Assembly (NCBI GenBank): GCA_036679645.1
Contig: JAZDCY010000012.1
Span: 88,965-152,964, forward strand
Reading direction: 5' to 3'
Source of the DNA: Gemmatimonadota bacterium
GTDB taxonomy: Bacteria; Gemmatimonadota; Gemmatimonadetes; Gemmatimonadales; GWC2-71-9
DNA: 64,000 nt
Positions 45,362 through 55,988 of the stretch are shown piece after piece. The translations under genes were made by a program, and so were the position numbers. A model generated the notes under the pieces. The model was not told the origin of the DNA. It did no database searches and worked only from the letters and a program-made list of their open reading frames with translations. Each line of letters opens with the position of its first letter. Position 1 is the first letter of the stretch.

Positions 45362-46158
45362 CGATTCAAGCCAAATCGTTCCGCTACGAGCACGACACCA
45401 GCACCGGTATTGCCACTATCACGCTCGATCGGCCCGATCGGCTGAATGCCCTGACCTTCCAGGTCTATGAGGAACTCCGCGATACGTTTCGCGCGCTGGA
45501 TACGGAACGCGACGTCCGTGCGATAATCATCACCGGATCCGGGAAGGGGTTCTGTTCCGGCGGCGACGTCGAGGATATCATCGGCGCCCTGTTTGAGCGG
45601 GATTTCGAGGGCCTGTTGGACTTCGCACGGCTGACGTGCGATCTCGTTGCGGCCATTCGTCAGTGCCGGCGTTCGGTCGTGGCCGCGTTGAACGGCACGG
45701 TTGCCGGTGCCGGTGCCGTGATCGCCACGGCGTGCGATATCCGGATTGCGAGCGAGTCGGCCAAGATCGCTTATCTGTTCACCAAGGTGGGGCTATCGGG
45801 CGCCGACATGGGGTCCGCGTGGATGCTTCCCCGAATCGTCGGTCTCGGCGTCGCCACGGAGTTGCTCATGACCGGAGATTTCATCGACGCGAACGAGGCC
45901 CATCGTATTGGCCTCTACAACCGCGTCGTCACGCGTGCCGATCTCATGGCGACCGCAACCGATGTTGCGAACAAACTCGCACGGGGCCCGTCGTTCGCAC
46001 TTGCCATCACCAAGGACTCGCTGAATCGTGAAGCCTCCATGGACCTGGTCGGGGCGCTCGAGGCCGAGGCGCAGGCGCAGGCGGGATGCATGAATCACCC
46101 GAATTTCCGCGAAGCGTACGATGCCTTTGTCGCGAAACGGCCCCCACGGTTCACCTGA
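45358..46158 (+). CDS. Enoyl-CoA hydratase/isomerase (crotonase) family
   Basis: ITLDRPDRLNAL, TGSGKGFCSGGDV oxyanion-hole motif, and ALNGTVAGAGAV. ATGA overlap with the upstream gene. Confidence 0.9.
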   Translation: MTIQAKSFRYEHDTSTGIATITLDRPDRLNALTFQVYEELRDTFRALDTERDVRAIIITGSGKGFCSGGDVEDIIGALFERDFEGLLDFARLTCDLVAAIRQCRRSVVAALNGTVAGAGAVIATACDIRIASESAKIAYLFTKVGLSGADMGSAWMLPRIVGLGVATELLMTGDFIDANEAHRIGLYNRVVTRADLMATATDVANKLARGPSFALAITKDSLNREASMDLVGALEAEAQAQAGCMNHPNFREAYDAFVAKRPPRFT

Positions 46159-46161
46159 CGC

Positions 46162-47310
46162 GTGGTAGCCGACGTCCGTACCGTTCGCGCGTTCCTCGAC
46201 GAATCACATCTTGCGCTCGCCGACGAGCTGGCCAGCTTTTGCGCGAGCGCGTTCGGCAATCGCACGCCACCCCACGACGACGCGTCCGCCCGCGATGAGG
46301 CACGCGAGGCGCTCGAGGTCATTGGACGTGCCGGGTTCTTCCAACCGATCGCAACACAGGATCTCCGGGGTTGTGTATTGAGCCGCGAGGCCCTTGCGGC
46401 GGTCTCTCCTCTGGCCGATGCCGTATTCGCCCTGCAGGCGCTAGGTACCACGCCCATCGTCGTCGCCGGTTCCGACGCGCAGCGCGAACGGTGGCTCGCG
46501 GACATGTTCGCCGGCCGGACAATGGCCGCGTTTGCCATGACGGAATCCGAGGCCGGATCCGACGTGGGCGCCATGACCACGACGGCGACACGCGACGGAG
46601 ACACATACGTCCTCGAAGGAGCGAAGACGTTGATCTCCAACGCCGGGATCGCAGATGTATATACTGTCTTCGCTAGTACGGATCCCTCGCGCGGCCGGAA
46701 GGGAATCAGCTGTTTTCTGGTGCCCGCCGACACACCGGGGTTCAGGTTCGTCGGCCCACAGGTGATGAGCGCGCCGCACCCTCTGGGGGAAATCGCCTTT
46801 GAGGCATGCCGCATCCCCGAGGAAGCGCGTTTGGGCGCCGAGGGCGACGGATTCGGGCTGGGCATGGAGACGCTCGACCGACTCCGTGCGACCGTAGCGG
46901 CGGCAGCCTGCGGGATGGCCGCGCATGCCCTCGACCAGGCATCGCGTCACGCCGCTCGCCGCGAGCAATTTGGAAAGCCACTCGCGGAGTTTCAACTCAT
47001 CCAGGACAAGCTGGCACGCATGGCGATCGATCTCGACGCCGCCCGGCTTCTCACCTACCGGGCCGCGTGGGAAAAAGACGGCGGAGCAGAGCGTGTGACG
47101 CTCGAGTCGGCAATGGCCAAGGCATTCGCAACCGAGGCCGCACAACGCATCATCGACGCCGCCGTTCAGATCTTCGGCGGCCGCGGCGTACTCGCCGATC
47201 ACCCCATCGATCACCTGTATCGTGCCGTTCGAGCACTGCGCATCTATGAGGGGACGACCGAGATCCAACATCTCGTCATCGCCAAACAGATGCTCCGTCG
47301 TGCGACGTGA
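46162..47310 (+). CDS. Acyl-CoA dehydrogenase family
   Basis: [33 protein letters not shown], and C-terminal [15 protein letters not shown]. Confidence 0.9.
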   Translation: MVADVRTVRAFLDESHLALADELASFCASAFGNRTPPHDDASARDEAREALEVIGRAGFFQPIATQDLRGCVLSREALAAVSPLADAVFALQALGTTPIVVAGSDAQRERWLADMFAGRTMAAFAMTESEAGSDVGAMTTTATRDGDTYVLEGAKTLISNAGIADVYTVFASTDPSRGRKGISCFLVPADTPGFRFVGPQVMSAPHPLGEIAFEACRIPEEARLGAEGDGFGLGMETLDRLRATVAAAACGMAAHALDQASRHAARREQFGKPLAEFQLIQDKLARMAIDLDAARLLTYRAAWEKDGGAERVTLESAMAKAFATEAAQRIIDAAVQIFGGRGVLADHPIDHLYRAVRALRIYEGTTEIQHLVIAKQMLRRAT

Positions 47311-49562
47311 AGGTCGCGATTGTAGGCGGGGGACCGGCGGGGCTCTACTTCGCGATCCTGCGCAAGAAGACGCATCCACGCGACGAGATCGTCGTCTACG
47401 AGCGGAACCGTCTCGACGACACGTTCGGGTTTGGCGTCGTGTTCTCCGGCGCCACCGAGGAGGCACTCGCGGGTGCCGATCCCGAGACAGTGGCAGAGAT
47501 GGCCCGGTACGCGGCCCGCTGGGATGACATCGACATTCACTTTCAAGGCGAGTTGTTGAGATCCACCGGGCACGGCTTCAGCGGTCTCTCGCGCCAACGG
47601 CTTCTCGCGATCCTCGCCGCACGATGCGAGCGCTTAGGCGTCGATCTGCGGTTTCAGTGCGACGTATCCGACATCGACACGCTGCGCGACGCCGATCTGC
47701 TGATCGCGGCGGACGGGGTCAACAGCGCCATCCGGGATCGTTTCGCCACGTCTTTCCAGCCCACGATCGATTGGCGTCCCAATCGGTTCGTCTGGTTGGG
47801 GACGACCCGTCACTTCCCCGCATTCACCTTCTATTTCAAGCACAACGACGCCGGACTGTGGCGTGTCCACGCGTATCAGTACGAAGCAGGACACTCCACG
47901 TTCATCGTGGAGACAACGCACGAGACACTCACCGCCACGGAACTCGCCGAGGATGACGAGGCTGCTACTCTGGCTTTCTGCGAACAGCTCTTTGCAGAGG
48001 AACTGGAGGGCCATCCACTGTTGGCCAATCGATCGGTGTGGCGACAGTTCCCTACCGTGCGTAACGCCTGCTGGCATCACGAGAACATCGTGCTCATGGG
48101 CGACGCCGCTCACACCGCACATTTCTCTGTCGGGTCTGGTACGAAGCTCGCCATGGAAGACGGGATCGCGCTCGCACAGGCCCTCGACGCACATGACGAT
48201 GTCGCCACGGCCCTGGGCGCGTACGAAACCCAGCGGCGGCCCGCAGTCGAGAGCCTACAGCGTGCCGCGCAGGTCAGCCTCGAATGGTTCGAGGACACTG
48301 AACGCTACATGAACATGGAGCCAATACAATTCGGATTCAATCTCCTGACCCGTAGCTTCCGCATCACGCACGACAATCTGAAGGTGCGCGACCCCGAGTA
48401 CATCGACTGCGTCAACACGTGGTTTGCCGCGAAAGCGTCCGACCAATCCGGAGTTGATAGCGCGATGGCGCAGCCGGCACCTCCTCCATTATTCACGCCC
48501 TTTCGTCTGCGCGACATGCTGCTCGACAATCGGGTGGTTGTATCCCCAATGTGTCAGTACTGCGCCGAGGATGGAACGCCAAACGATTGGCATCTCGTCC
48601 ACCTGGGCAGCCGGGCCATCGGGGGCGCAGGCCTCGTCATCACGGAGATGACCGATGTCAGCCGGGAGGGCCGGATTTCTCCCGGCTGCGCCGGGATGTA
48701 CAAGCCGGAGCACGTTCCGGCATGGGCGCGTATAGTGGACTTCGTGCATGCGAACAGCAACGCCAAGATCGGCATACAGCTCGGGCATGCGGGCCGCAAG
48801 GGGGCCACGCGGCTCGCCTGGGACGGAATGGATGAGCCACTCGACGACGCCGCATGGCAGATCATCTCCGCATCTCCGCTCCCATATCTCCCTCGGAGCC
48901 AGGTTCCCAGGGAGATGACGCGAGCGGACATGGACATCGTACGCGACGACTTCGTTCGCGCGGCGGAGATGGCCAATGAGGCGGGGTTCGACATGCTCGA
49001 AATCCACTTCGCCCACGGGTACCTGCTGGCAACTTTCGTGTCACCGCTCACCAACCGGCGCACGGACGAGTACGGCGGGACGCTCGAGAATCGTCTCCGA
49101 TTCCCGCTCGAGGTATTCGACGCCGCGCGCGCCGCCTGGCCGCAACACAAACCCATGTCCGTCCGCATCTCGGCGGTGGACTGGGCGCCCGGGGGTATGG
49201 AGGAAGGGGACGCGGTCGAGGTAGCGAGTTTTCTCAAGGCACACGACTGCGATATTGTCGACGTGTCCGCCGGACAAACCGTCGCCGATCAGCAACCCGT
49301 CTTTGGCCGTCAATTCCAGACACCGTTCAGCAATCGTATCCGTCACGAAGCTCAGATCGCCACACTAGCTGTCGGGAACATTTCATCGTACATGGACGTG
49401 AACACGATTCTCGCAGCTGGGCGTGCGGACCTGTGCGTGCTCGCCCGCGCACACCTGTGGGATCCCTACTGGACCCGCCACTCCGCGTACACGCTCGGGT
49501 ACGGTTTGCCGTGGCCAAATCAGTACGAGTCACTAAACACGTACACCCCACGCTTCGAGTGA
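47307..49562 (+). CDS. Bifunctional aryl-CoA monooxygenase/reductase: FAD monooxygenase + Old-Yellow-Enzyme domain (2-aminobenzoyl-CoA monooxygenase/reductase or salicylyl-CoA 5-hydroxylase type)
   Basis: N-terminus [16 protein letters not shown] with [22 protein letters not shown] (flavoprotein hydroxylase). C-terminal OYE motifs ([44 protein letters not shown]). GTGA overlap with the upstream gene. Confidence 0.8.
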   Translation: MKVAIVGGGPAGLYFAILRKKTHPRDEIVVYERNRLDDTFGFGVVFSGATEEALAGADPETVAEMARYAARWDDIDIHFQGELLRSTGHGFSGLSRQRLLAILAARCERLGVDLRFQCDVSDIDTLRDADLLIAADGVNSAIRDRFATSFQPTIDWRPNRFVWLGTTRHFPAFTFYFKHNDAGLWRVHAYQYEAGHSTFIVETTHETLTATELAEDDEAATLAFCEQLFAEELEGHPLLANRSVWRQFPTVRNACWHHENIVLMGDAAHTAHFSVGSGTKLAMEDGIALAQALDAHDDVATALGAYETQRRPAVESLQRAAQVSLEWFEDTERYMNMEPIQFGFNLLTRSFRITHDNLKVRDPEYIDCVNTWFAAKASDQSGVDSAMAQPAPPPLFTPFRLRDMLLDNRVVVSPMCQYCAEDGTPNDWHLVHLGSRAIGGAGLVITEMTDVSREGRISPGCAGMYKPEHVPAWARIVDFVHANSNAKIGIQLGHAGRKGATRLAWDGMDEPLDDAAWQIISASPLPYLPRSQVPREMTRADMDIVRDDFVRAAEMANEAGFDMLEIHFAHGYLLATFVSPLTNRRTDEYGGTLENRLRFPLEVFDAARAAWPQHKPMSVRISAVDWAPGGMEEGDAVEVASFLKAHDCDIVDVSAGQTVADQQPVFGRQFQTPFSNRIRHEAQIATLAVGNISSYMDVNTILAAGRADLCVLARAHLWDPYWTRHSAYTLGYGLPWPNQYESLNTYTPRFE

Positions 49563-49571
49563 GGGGATGAT

Positions 49572-50354
49572 ATGACGCAGACGTACTGGAGTTATCTCAA
49601 GGTCGACGAACTGCTCTCGCTGCAGGAACCCGTGTCGGATGGACCCGAACACGATGAGATGCTCTTCATCATCATCCATCAGGTCTACGAGCTTTGGTTC
49701 AAGGAGGTGCTGCACGAGATCGACTACCTCAAGCAGCGCTTGATTCACAACGAGACACCTCGCGCGCTTCACACGCTCAAGCGAGTGCTCACGATCTTCA
49801 AGACGCTCGTTGCGCAGATAGATATCCTCGAGACGATGACTCCCCTCGAGTTCATATCGTTCCGCGACCGCCTGGACACGGGTAGCGGCTTTCAGTCGTT
49901 CCAGTTCCGCGAACTCGAATTCGTGCTGGGCAACAAGAACGCGCAGGCCATCGAGCGCTATCCGGCGGGTCACGCCGGCCGTGTTCGCCTGGAACGGCGC
50001 CTGCGGGAGCCGACGCTGTGGGACGCGTTTCTCCGCTACCTCGACGCGAACGGCTACCGAGCGGAAGAGGACGTGACGGAGCGTGATGTTACGCTCCCAA
50101 TTCAACCGTCTCCTTCCACGCAGCGAATCCTCATCGACATCTACCGGAACGATCCCAGCGTGGCTGCCCTGTGCGAGCGATTGCTCGATCTCGATGAGGG
50201 GCTGCAGGAATGGCGCTATCGCCACGTGAAGATGGTGCAGCGCACGATTGGCACCAGAAAAGGCACGGGTGGCTCGGCGGGCGCAGATTATCTGAAGAGC
50301 ACTCTGTTCACCCCCACCTTCCCGGATCTGTGGGAGATCCGTACCGAGCTGTGA
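49572..50354 (+). CDS. kynA: Tryptophan 2,3-dioxygenase
   Basis: YWSYLKVDELLSLQ, HDEMLFIIIHQVYELWFK, FRDRLDTGSGFQSFQFRELE, and RHVKMVQRTIGTRKGTGGSAG motifs of bacterial TDO. Confidence 0.9.
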   Translation: MTQTYWSYLKVDELLSLQEPVSDGPEHDEMLFIIIHQVYELWFKEVLHEIDYLKQRLIHNETPRALHTLKRVLTIFKTLVAQIDILETMTPLEFISFRDRLDTGSGFQSFQFRELEFVLGNKNAQAIERYPAGHAGRVRLERRLREPTLWDAFLRYLDANGYRAEEDVTERDVTLPIQPSPSTQRILIDIYRNDPSVAALCERLLDLDEGLQEWRYRHVKMVQRTIGTRKGTGGSAGADYLKSTLFTPTFPDLWEIRTEL

Positions 50355-50397
50355 TGCCTGCGTACCAACGCGGCTCGGTTCTCGCCCGCACGCTAGG

Positions 50398-51603
50398 ATG
50401 AGTATTAGACCGAACAAACTGTACGGTAGCCCGAACACGCTCGCACCCCACTACTCCCGCTTCCGCGTGAGCGAGCGGCTTCTACTGACCGGTCACTCAC
50501 ATCAGGCGTGGCCCGACGCCGGCTTTGCCGGCCAGGTAGAGGCATGGGAGGACGCCGCGCACCTGGTGGACGACAAGTGGGAGCGCGCTTTCGCAAAAGC
50601 CGAGCGGGTCCGCACCGGTTGGAGACAGTTGCTCGGCGACGACGACGGCGACATCACGCTCGGTACCAGCACGCACGAACTGGTCGCGCGTTTCCTCTCG
50701 GCGCTGCCGCTGCGCACGCGCCCGCGCATCGTGACGACGGACGGTGAGTTCCACACCATTCGCCGTCTGGTAGACCGACTGGCGGAAGAGGGCATCGAGA
50801 TCGTCAAGGTAGCCAGCGACTCGGCCGCACAGTTATCTGAACGGCTCACCGCCGCCATCGATGATCGCACGGCGGTCGCAATCGTATCTGCCGTGTTGTT
50901 CCGCAATGCGCACATCGTGCCCGGCCTCGCGGCCGTTCAGCAAACGTGCACACGGCACGGCGTAGAGCTTCTCGTCGATGCGTACCATGCGCTCGACGCG
51001 ATTCCCTTCGATCTGCACGACGAGCGGCTCACCGGGGCCTTTGTGGTCGGCGGGGGATACAAGTACTGCCAGTTGGGCGAGGGCAATTGCTTCCTGCGGG
51101 TTCCCGCCGCGTGCTCATTGCGCCCCGTCATCACCGGATGGTTCAGCGAGTTCAGCGCTCTCGATGAGGCAGAGGCCAATGGCCACGTGGCGTACGGTAC
51201 CGGAGCAGACCGCTTCGCAGGCGCGACCTACGATCCCACGAGCCACTACCGCGCAGCAGCCGTCTTCGAGTTCTTCGCCACCCACGGTCTCAGCCCTGCG
51301 TTGCTACGGGAGGTGAGTCGGCATCAGATTGGTGTGTTGGCTGAAGCTTTCGACGCGTTGGACCTCCCACCGACGGTGATGTCCCGCGATTCCGAGACGC
51401 CGCTCGACCGGGTTGCCGGATTCATGGCGCTGCGCGGCGCGCAGGCCGGGGAGATCTCGCGCGCCCTGCGTGCCCGGGACGTGTACACCGACTCTCGTGG
51501 CGATGTCCTCCGCCTAGGGCCGGCCCCCTATCTGACCGATCGGCAACTCCGCGATGCCGTCGGCGCGCTGGGCGAGGTGGCTGCACCACCTCGCGTGCCT
51601 TGA
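50398..51603 (+). CDS. Kynureninase-like PLP-dependent hydrolase (class V aminotransferase fold)
   Basis: LLVDAYHA, and VVGGGYKYCQLGEGNCFLRV resembling the kynureninase PLP-lysine region (xxSYKYLNGGPGxxAFLxV). It directly follows kynA. The assignment is less certain than for kynA. Confidence 0.6.
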   Translation: MSIRPNKLYGSPNTLAPHYSRFRVSERLLLTGHSHQAWPDAGFAGQVEAWEDAAHLVDDKWERAFAKAERVRTGWRQLLGDDDGDITLGTSTHELVARFLSALPLRTRPRIVTTDGEFHTIRRLVDRLAEEGIEIVKVASDSAAQLSERLTAAIDDRTAVAIVSAVLFRNAHIVPGLAAVQQTCTRHGVELLVDAYHALDAIPFDLHDERLTGAFVVGGGYKYCQLGEGNCFLRVPAACSLRPVITGWFSEFSALDEAEANGHVAYGTGADRFAGATYDPTSHYRAAAVFEFFATHGLSPALLREVSRHQIGVLAEAFDALDLPPTVMSRDSETPLDRVAGFMALRGAQAGEISRALRARDVYTDSRGDVLRLGPAPYLTDRQLRDAVGALGEVAAPPRVP

Positions 51604-51704
51604 ACACCACACCCATTCCGCCGCTCGCCAGTTCGTGCTCCACGACATATTCGCCGGCGAGCGCGTCACGAATCCGATCGATCAGGAAAGGCACGGCGGC
51701 TATC

Positions 51705-52523
51705 TCACCGGGATTCCAGGGACGCCCGTACGGTAACTTGCATCGTCATTGGCCCGGGAAGCATGGCACCCACGGAGATCATCGACATGGCGAACTCGTT
51801 GCGAACCCAGCGACCCGCATCGAGATCGATATCCATCTCGCCCTGCACGGTCCCCGACGACTCCATCGCCACGCCGCCTACTTGCGTCGATCGCATCGTC
51901 TGTGAAACCGTGCCCGCCACCGAGATGATCGCGTGCCGCGCGCCATCTTGGATCTCCACGCGGACGAGGCCATAGCGGAGGTTCCGTACCATCTCCATCT
52001 CCATCGAGGCGCCCTCGAGGGACATGGTCACGGTGCTCGTGTCCACCCAGCTGGCGCCGGGCTCGACAGGATCTTCCGGTAGGTGCACCGCCGCCGGCAT
52101 CGACTGTTCCATGCTACTCTTCATCTGCTCGAGCAACGGGTTGTCCCCCCCATCGGGGAAGGTCGTCTCGAGCACACGCCCGCGCGTGTCCATGCGCATC
52201 CGCGAGCGGAGGCCACGCAGCAGGTCGGCGGCCGCTCCCATTGCCTGCGCTGCCGGTCCATCTCCATCGAGGCCGATCGAATCGACCACCACGTCCACGA
52301 CGCGCGTATCGCCCTCGACTGACACCACCGTCTGCGACACCAGCATGAGCTGCACGCTCGAGAACTGGCCCGCCCCGGCCGCATCTACCGATGTCTCTGT
52401 TTCGATTCTGTAGTGCGAGACCTGGCCCGCCGGAGGCAGCAGCCGCAAGAGAATGATCTGCTCCTGCGCCACCGCGGACGAGCATACGAGCAACGTCAGG
52501 ACTGTGACAAGACGACTTGGCAT
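51705..52523 (-). CDS. Hypothetical secreted protein
   Basis: Signal peptide MPSRLVTVLTLLVCSSAVAQE, 272 aa, coding-like composition, no family recognised. Confidence 0.6.
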   Translation of the reverse strand: MPSRLVTVLTLLVCSSAVAQEQIILLRLLPPAGQVSHYRIETETSVDAAGAGQFSSVQLMLVSQTVVSVEGDTRVVDVVVDSIGLDGDGPAAQAMGAAADLLRGLRSRMRMDTRGRVLETTFPDGGDNPLLEQMKSSMEQSMPAAVHLPEDPVEPGASWVDTSTVTMSLEGASMEMEMVRNLRYGLVRVEIQDGARHAIISVAGTVSQTMRSTQVGGVAMESSGTVQGEMDIDLDAGRWVRNEFAMSMISVGAMLPGPMTMQVTVRASLESR

Positions 52524-52629
52524 TCACCCTCCGCGATCGGGCGATAGAATCTGCCCCATTTCAACCTCCGACGCCAACGCGCTAGCTTTCCCGGCTTCTG
52601 CCAGATCCACCTCGTCACGTGAGGACTCC

Positions 52630-53466
52630 ATGAGCGACTTCGACATTGCGAGATTGCTGCAGACCGTCACCGACCTGACAGCCGCCTGGGGCCTCAAGGC
52701 CCTCGGGGCGCTGGTCGTGCTGTTCGTCGGCCGCAGCGCCGCCCGTTGGGCACGCCGTATCACACGGACGGCGTTGCAGCGCGGGAACACCGACCCCACG
52801 CTCGTGCCGTTCATCTCATCGCTCGTGTACTACCTGCTACTGGTGTTCGTCGCCGTGGCCGTCCTCGGCATGGTGGGGATACAGACCGCGTCGATCATCG
52901 CCGTACTCGGGGCAGCCGGTCTCGCCGTCGGATTCGCTCTGCAGGGTACCCTCTCCAACCTCGCCGCCGGCGTCATGCTGCTCATCTTCCGGCCCTTCAA
53001 AAACGGTGACTTCATCAAGGCCGCGGGTACCTCCGGCACCGTCGAAGCCATCGGGATTTTCACGACCCTGCTCAAGACACCGGACAACGTCGCGATCATC
53101 GTGCCCAACGCGAACGTCTGGGGCGACACGATCAAGAACTACGCTGTGAACGACACACGCCGCATCGACCTCGTCATGGGAATCGGCTACGGGGACGACA
53201 TCCAACGCGCGATCAACACGATCCAGGGCGTCCTGAACGCGGACGACCGCGTGTTGCAGGATCCGGAAGCGGTCGTCGCCGTCAACGAGCTGGCCGATTC
53301 TTCGGTGAATTTGGTAGTGCGCCCGTGGTGCAGACGTGAGGACTATGGAGCACTCCGCTGGGATCTCATCCGCGCGCTCAAAGAGCAGCTCGAGGCAGCC
53401 GGCTGCAATATCCCTTTCCCTCAGCGAGACGTGCACCTCCATCAAGCCTCCACGTCGGCGGCCTAG
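52630..53466 (+). CDS. Small-conductance mechanosensitive channel (MscS family)
   Basis: ATG 52630. Three TM helices followed by LSNLAAGVMLLIFRPFKNGDFIKAAGTSGTVEAIGIFTTLLKTPDNVAIIVPN. Confidence 0.9.
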   Translation: MSDFDIARLLQTVTDLTAAWGLKALGALVVLFVGRSAARWARRITRTALQRGNTDPTLVPFISSLVYYLLLVFVAVAVLGMVGIQTASIIAVLGAAGLAVGFALQGTLSNLAAGVMLLIFRPFKNGDFIKAAGTSGTVEAIGIFTTLLKTPDNVAIIVPNANVWGDTIKNYAVNDTRRIDLVMGIGYGDDIQRAINTIQGVLNADDRVLQDPEAVVAVNELADSSVNLVVRPWCRREDYGALRWDLIRALKEQLEAAGCNIPFPQRDVHLHQASTSAA

Positions 53467-53477
53467 GAGATTGTCAG

Positions 53478-54143
53478 ATGCGTATCACATTCTTCGGCCA
53501 CGCCGCCTTTGCGCTCGACGATGGAACGCATACGCTCGTGATCGACCCGTTTCTCTCCGGGAACCCGGTTGCGACCACCAAGCCGGGCGACGTGCGTTGT
53601 ACCCACATAGCGCTCACGCATGGACACGAAGACCATATCGGAGATACCGTGACGATCGCCAAGGCCAACGATGCCACCGTCATCGCCGCCTTTGAGATCT
53701 GCAACTTCGTGAGTCAAGAGGGCGTTGCACACACGGAGCCCGGGAATCCTGGTGGGAAGATCGACACACCCTTCGGCTGGGTCGCCTTCACGCAGGCCTT
53801 TCACTCATCCTCGTATCAGGGCCGGTACATGGGCATGCCGTGCGGGTTGGTCGCCCGGATTGGTGGGAAGACCATCTACCACTGCGGAGATACCGCCCTC
53901 TTTGGTGACATGCGGCTGTTGGGCGAGATCTACCAACCGGACGTCGCCTGCATTCCGATCGGTGATCGGTTCACGATGGGACCCGCTCTTGCGACGCGGG
54001 CAGCGGAGCTGATCGGCGCACCGGTGGCGATACCGATTCACTACAACACGTGGCCCCCGATCGAGCAGGATCCCGCACAGTTCAGGCCCAAGGGTGTCGA
54101 GGTCAAGGTAATGGAGCCGGGAGACGTGTGGCAGTTGAACTAG
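53478..54143 (+). CDS. Metal-dependent hydrolase, metallo-beta-lactamase fold (UPF0173-like)
   Basis: MRITFFGHAAF and THIALTHGHEDHIGD (HxHxDH), 221 aa. Confidence 0.8.
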   Translation: MRITFFGHAAFALDDGTHTLVIDPFLSGNPVATTKPGDVRCTHIALTHGHEDHIGDTVTIAKANDATVIAAFEICNFVSQEGVAHTEPGNPGGKIDTPFGWVAFTQAFHSSSYQGRYMGMPCGLVARIGGKTIYHCGDTALFGDMRLLGEIYQPDVACIPIGDRFTMGPALATRAAELIGAPVAIPIHYNTWPPIEQDPAQFRPKGVEVKVMEPGDVWQLN

Positions 54144-54174
54144 CGCACCGTACCGCACCACACATAGCGGTCGT

Positions 54175-55155
54175 GTGCGCTCGCTGACGGTCAGCGCCGA
54201 GTCGTGGCCGCTGCACTCGCCCTTCACCATCTCGCGCGGATCCCGCACCGCGGCCGACGTGGTCACCGTCACCCTCGAAGAAGCCAACGACATCGGTCGA
54301 GGGGAGTGCGTTCCCTACCGCCGGTACGGTGAGACCATCGAGGGAGTCGTCACGTCGATCCAGCGACTCGAGGCGGAGGTAGCCGCCGGTCTCGACCATG
54401 AGGCGCTCGCAAACGTCCTACCTCCCGGCGCCGCGCGCAACGCGCTCGACTGTGCCCTGTGGGATCTCGAGGCAAAGCGAACCGGCCGGCGCGTGTGGGA
54501 CCTCGCCGGCCTCGAGACGCCGCGACACATCACGACGGCATTCACGATCAGTCTCGAAACGCCAGATGCCATGGAGACCGCCGCGCGTGCCGAGGCCGCG
54601 CGTCCGCTCCTCAAGCTGAAGCTGGGTGGCACGGACGACGTCGAGCGCGTCCGGCATGTTCGGACCGCAGCACCGGGTGCCCGGCTCATCGTCGATGCGA
54701 ACGAGGCGTGGCGGCCGGACGACGTGGCCGCACGGCTGCAGGCATTGGCAGGTCTGGGAGTGGAGTTGGTCGAGCAACCACTCCCCGCCAGCGAAGATGA
54801 AGTGCTCGACCGCGTTCCGCATGCCGTCCCGATCTGTGCGGACGAGTCTTGCCACACGAGCGCAGACGTTGCGTCGCTCGCGGGCCGGTACGACTACGTG
54901 AACATCAAGCTCGACAAGACCGGCGGGTTGACCGAGGCGCTGCGCCTGGTCGGTGCCGCGCACACACACAACATGGGGATCATGGTTGGTTGCATGATGG
55001 GAACGTCACTGGGAATCGCACCCGCGCTACTCGTGGCCGCGGCCGCAGAATACGTCGACCTCGATGCACCATTGTGGCTTGCCGAGGACCGCACGCAATC
55101 ACTCCAGTACGCGGGCAGCGTGGTCGCGCCGGCCGGTCCGGCAGTCTGGGGGTGA
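54175..55155 (+). CDS. Dipeptide epimerase (enolase superfamily, L-Ala-D/L-Glu epimerase-like)
   Basis: LKLKLGG, IVDANEAW, VEQPL, CADES, and NIKLDKTGG motifs with the usual metal-ligand and catalytic-lysine spacing. Confidence 0.8.
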   Translation: MRSLTVSAESWPLHSPFTISRGSRTAADVVTVTLEEANDIGRGECVPYRRYGETIEGVVTSIQRLEAEVAAGLDHEALANVLPPGAARNALDCALWDLEAKRTGRRVWDLAGLETPRHITTAFTISLETPDAMETAARAEAARPLLKLKLGGTDDVERVRHVRTAAPGARLIVDANEAWRPDDVAARLQALAGLGVELVEQPLPASEDEVLDRVPHAVPICADESCHTSADVASLAGRYDYVNIKLDKTGGLTEALRLVGAAHTHNMGIMVGCMMGTSLGIAPALLVAAAAEYVDLDAPLWLAEDRTQSLQYAGSVVAPAGPAVWG

Positions 55156-55941
55156 GGGCGAGCTGAGAACCTTTCGCTCGAGCTCCAACAACAGCCGCTT
55201 GCGCCAGACACCACCGCCGTATCCCGCGAGCTGACCGTTGCTCCGCACGACACGGTGACACGGAATCACGATCGCAAGGCGATTATCGCCGTTCGCGCGG
55301 CCTACCGCGCGCATCGCTCCCGGGCGCCCAACCGCGGTGGCCTCGTCGGCGTAGCATCGCGTTTCTCCGTATGGCACGGTCCGCAAGTAATCCCAGCACT
55401 GCTCCTGGAACGGCGTCCCCGGTGCGACCATGGGAACCGTGAACTGCCTGCGCGCCCCGGTGAAGTACTCCGCCAGCTCGCGGTCGAGATGTGACAGGTG
55501 TTCGTGCTCGCCCGGGACCGGTGTGAGCGCAAACCGTCGGCGGATTTGGACGATCTGCCGTTCCAACATTCGCCGATCCGCAAACTCGAGGAGGCACACT
55601 CCATCATCCGTGGCGCCTGCGACCATGGGTCCCAGCGGTGTCAAGAAACGCGTTACCGCGATCGTCTCGGACCCGCGTGCCCGACCCGGCGTGTCGCCAA
55701 ACAACTTGGCAAAGGCATCGCGAAACCCGCTCAGCGATTCATACCCATGGTCGTACGCCGCGCGCGTAAGGTCGTCGCCGACGCGCAGGCGTCCCATCGC
55801 CTGCCCCAATCGCCGCGCTCGCAGGTACCCGTGGAAGGTCATGCCGTGATGCCGTCGAAACCAGCGTCTGACACGTCCCGGATCGACACCGACCGCTCGC
55901 ACGGACGCGTCGGTCCAGCGGCGCGCGGGCTCGTCATCCAC
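55099..55941 (-). CDS. AraC-type HTH + methylated-DNA--protein-cysteine methyltransferase (Ada-like, lacking the N-terminal Zn domain)
   Basis: HTH_AraC (WFRRHHGMTFHGYLRARRL...GYESLSGFRDAFAKLFGDTPG) followed by an MGMT domain with active site IPCHRVV. Start is GTG 55941. The 3' end overlaps the convergent epimerase gene by 57 nt. Confidence 0.8.
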   Translation of the reverse strand: MDDEPARRWTDASVRAVGVDPGRVRRWFRRHHGMTFHGYLRARRLGQAMGRLRVGDDLTRAAYDHGYESLSGFRDAFAKLFGDTPGRARGSETIAVTRFLTPLGPMVAGATDDGVCLLEFADRRMLERQIVQIRRRFALTPVPGEHEHLSHLDRELAEYFTGARRQFTVPMVAPGTPFQEQCWDYLRTVPYGETRCYADEATAVGRPGAMRAVGRANGDNRLAIVIPCHRVVRSNGQLAGYGGGVWRKRLLLELERKVLSSPSPPDCRTGRRDHAARVLE

Positions 55942-55988
55942 GGCACGCAGAAGATCGGTCAGCCATATCGGGGCCTGGCCTCCTGGAT

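Noticed and set aside
46441-47466. 341-aa - strand ORF opposite the acyl-CoA dehydrogenase
   Set aside because: Antisense shadow of a gene with strong ACAD motifs.
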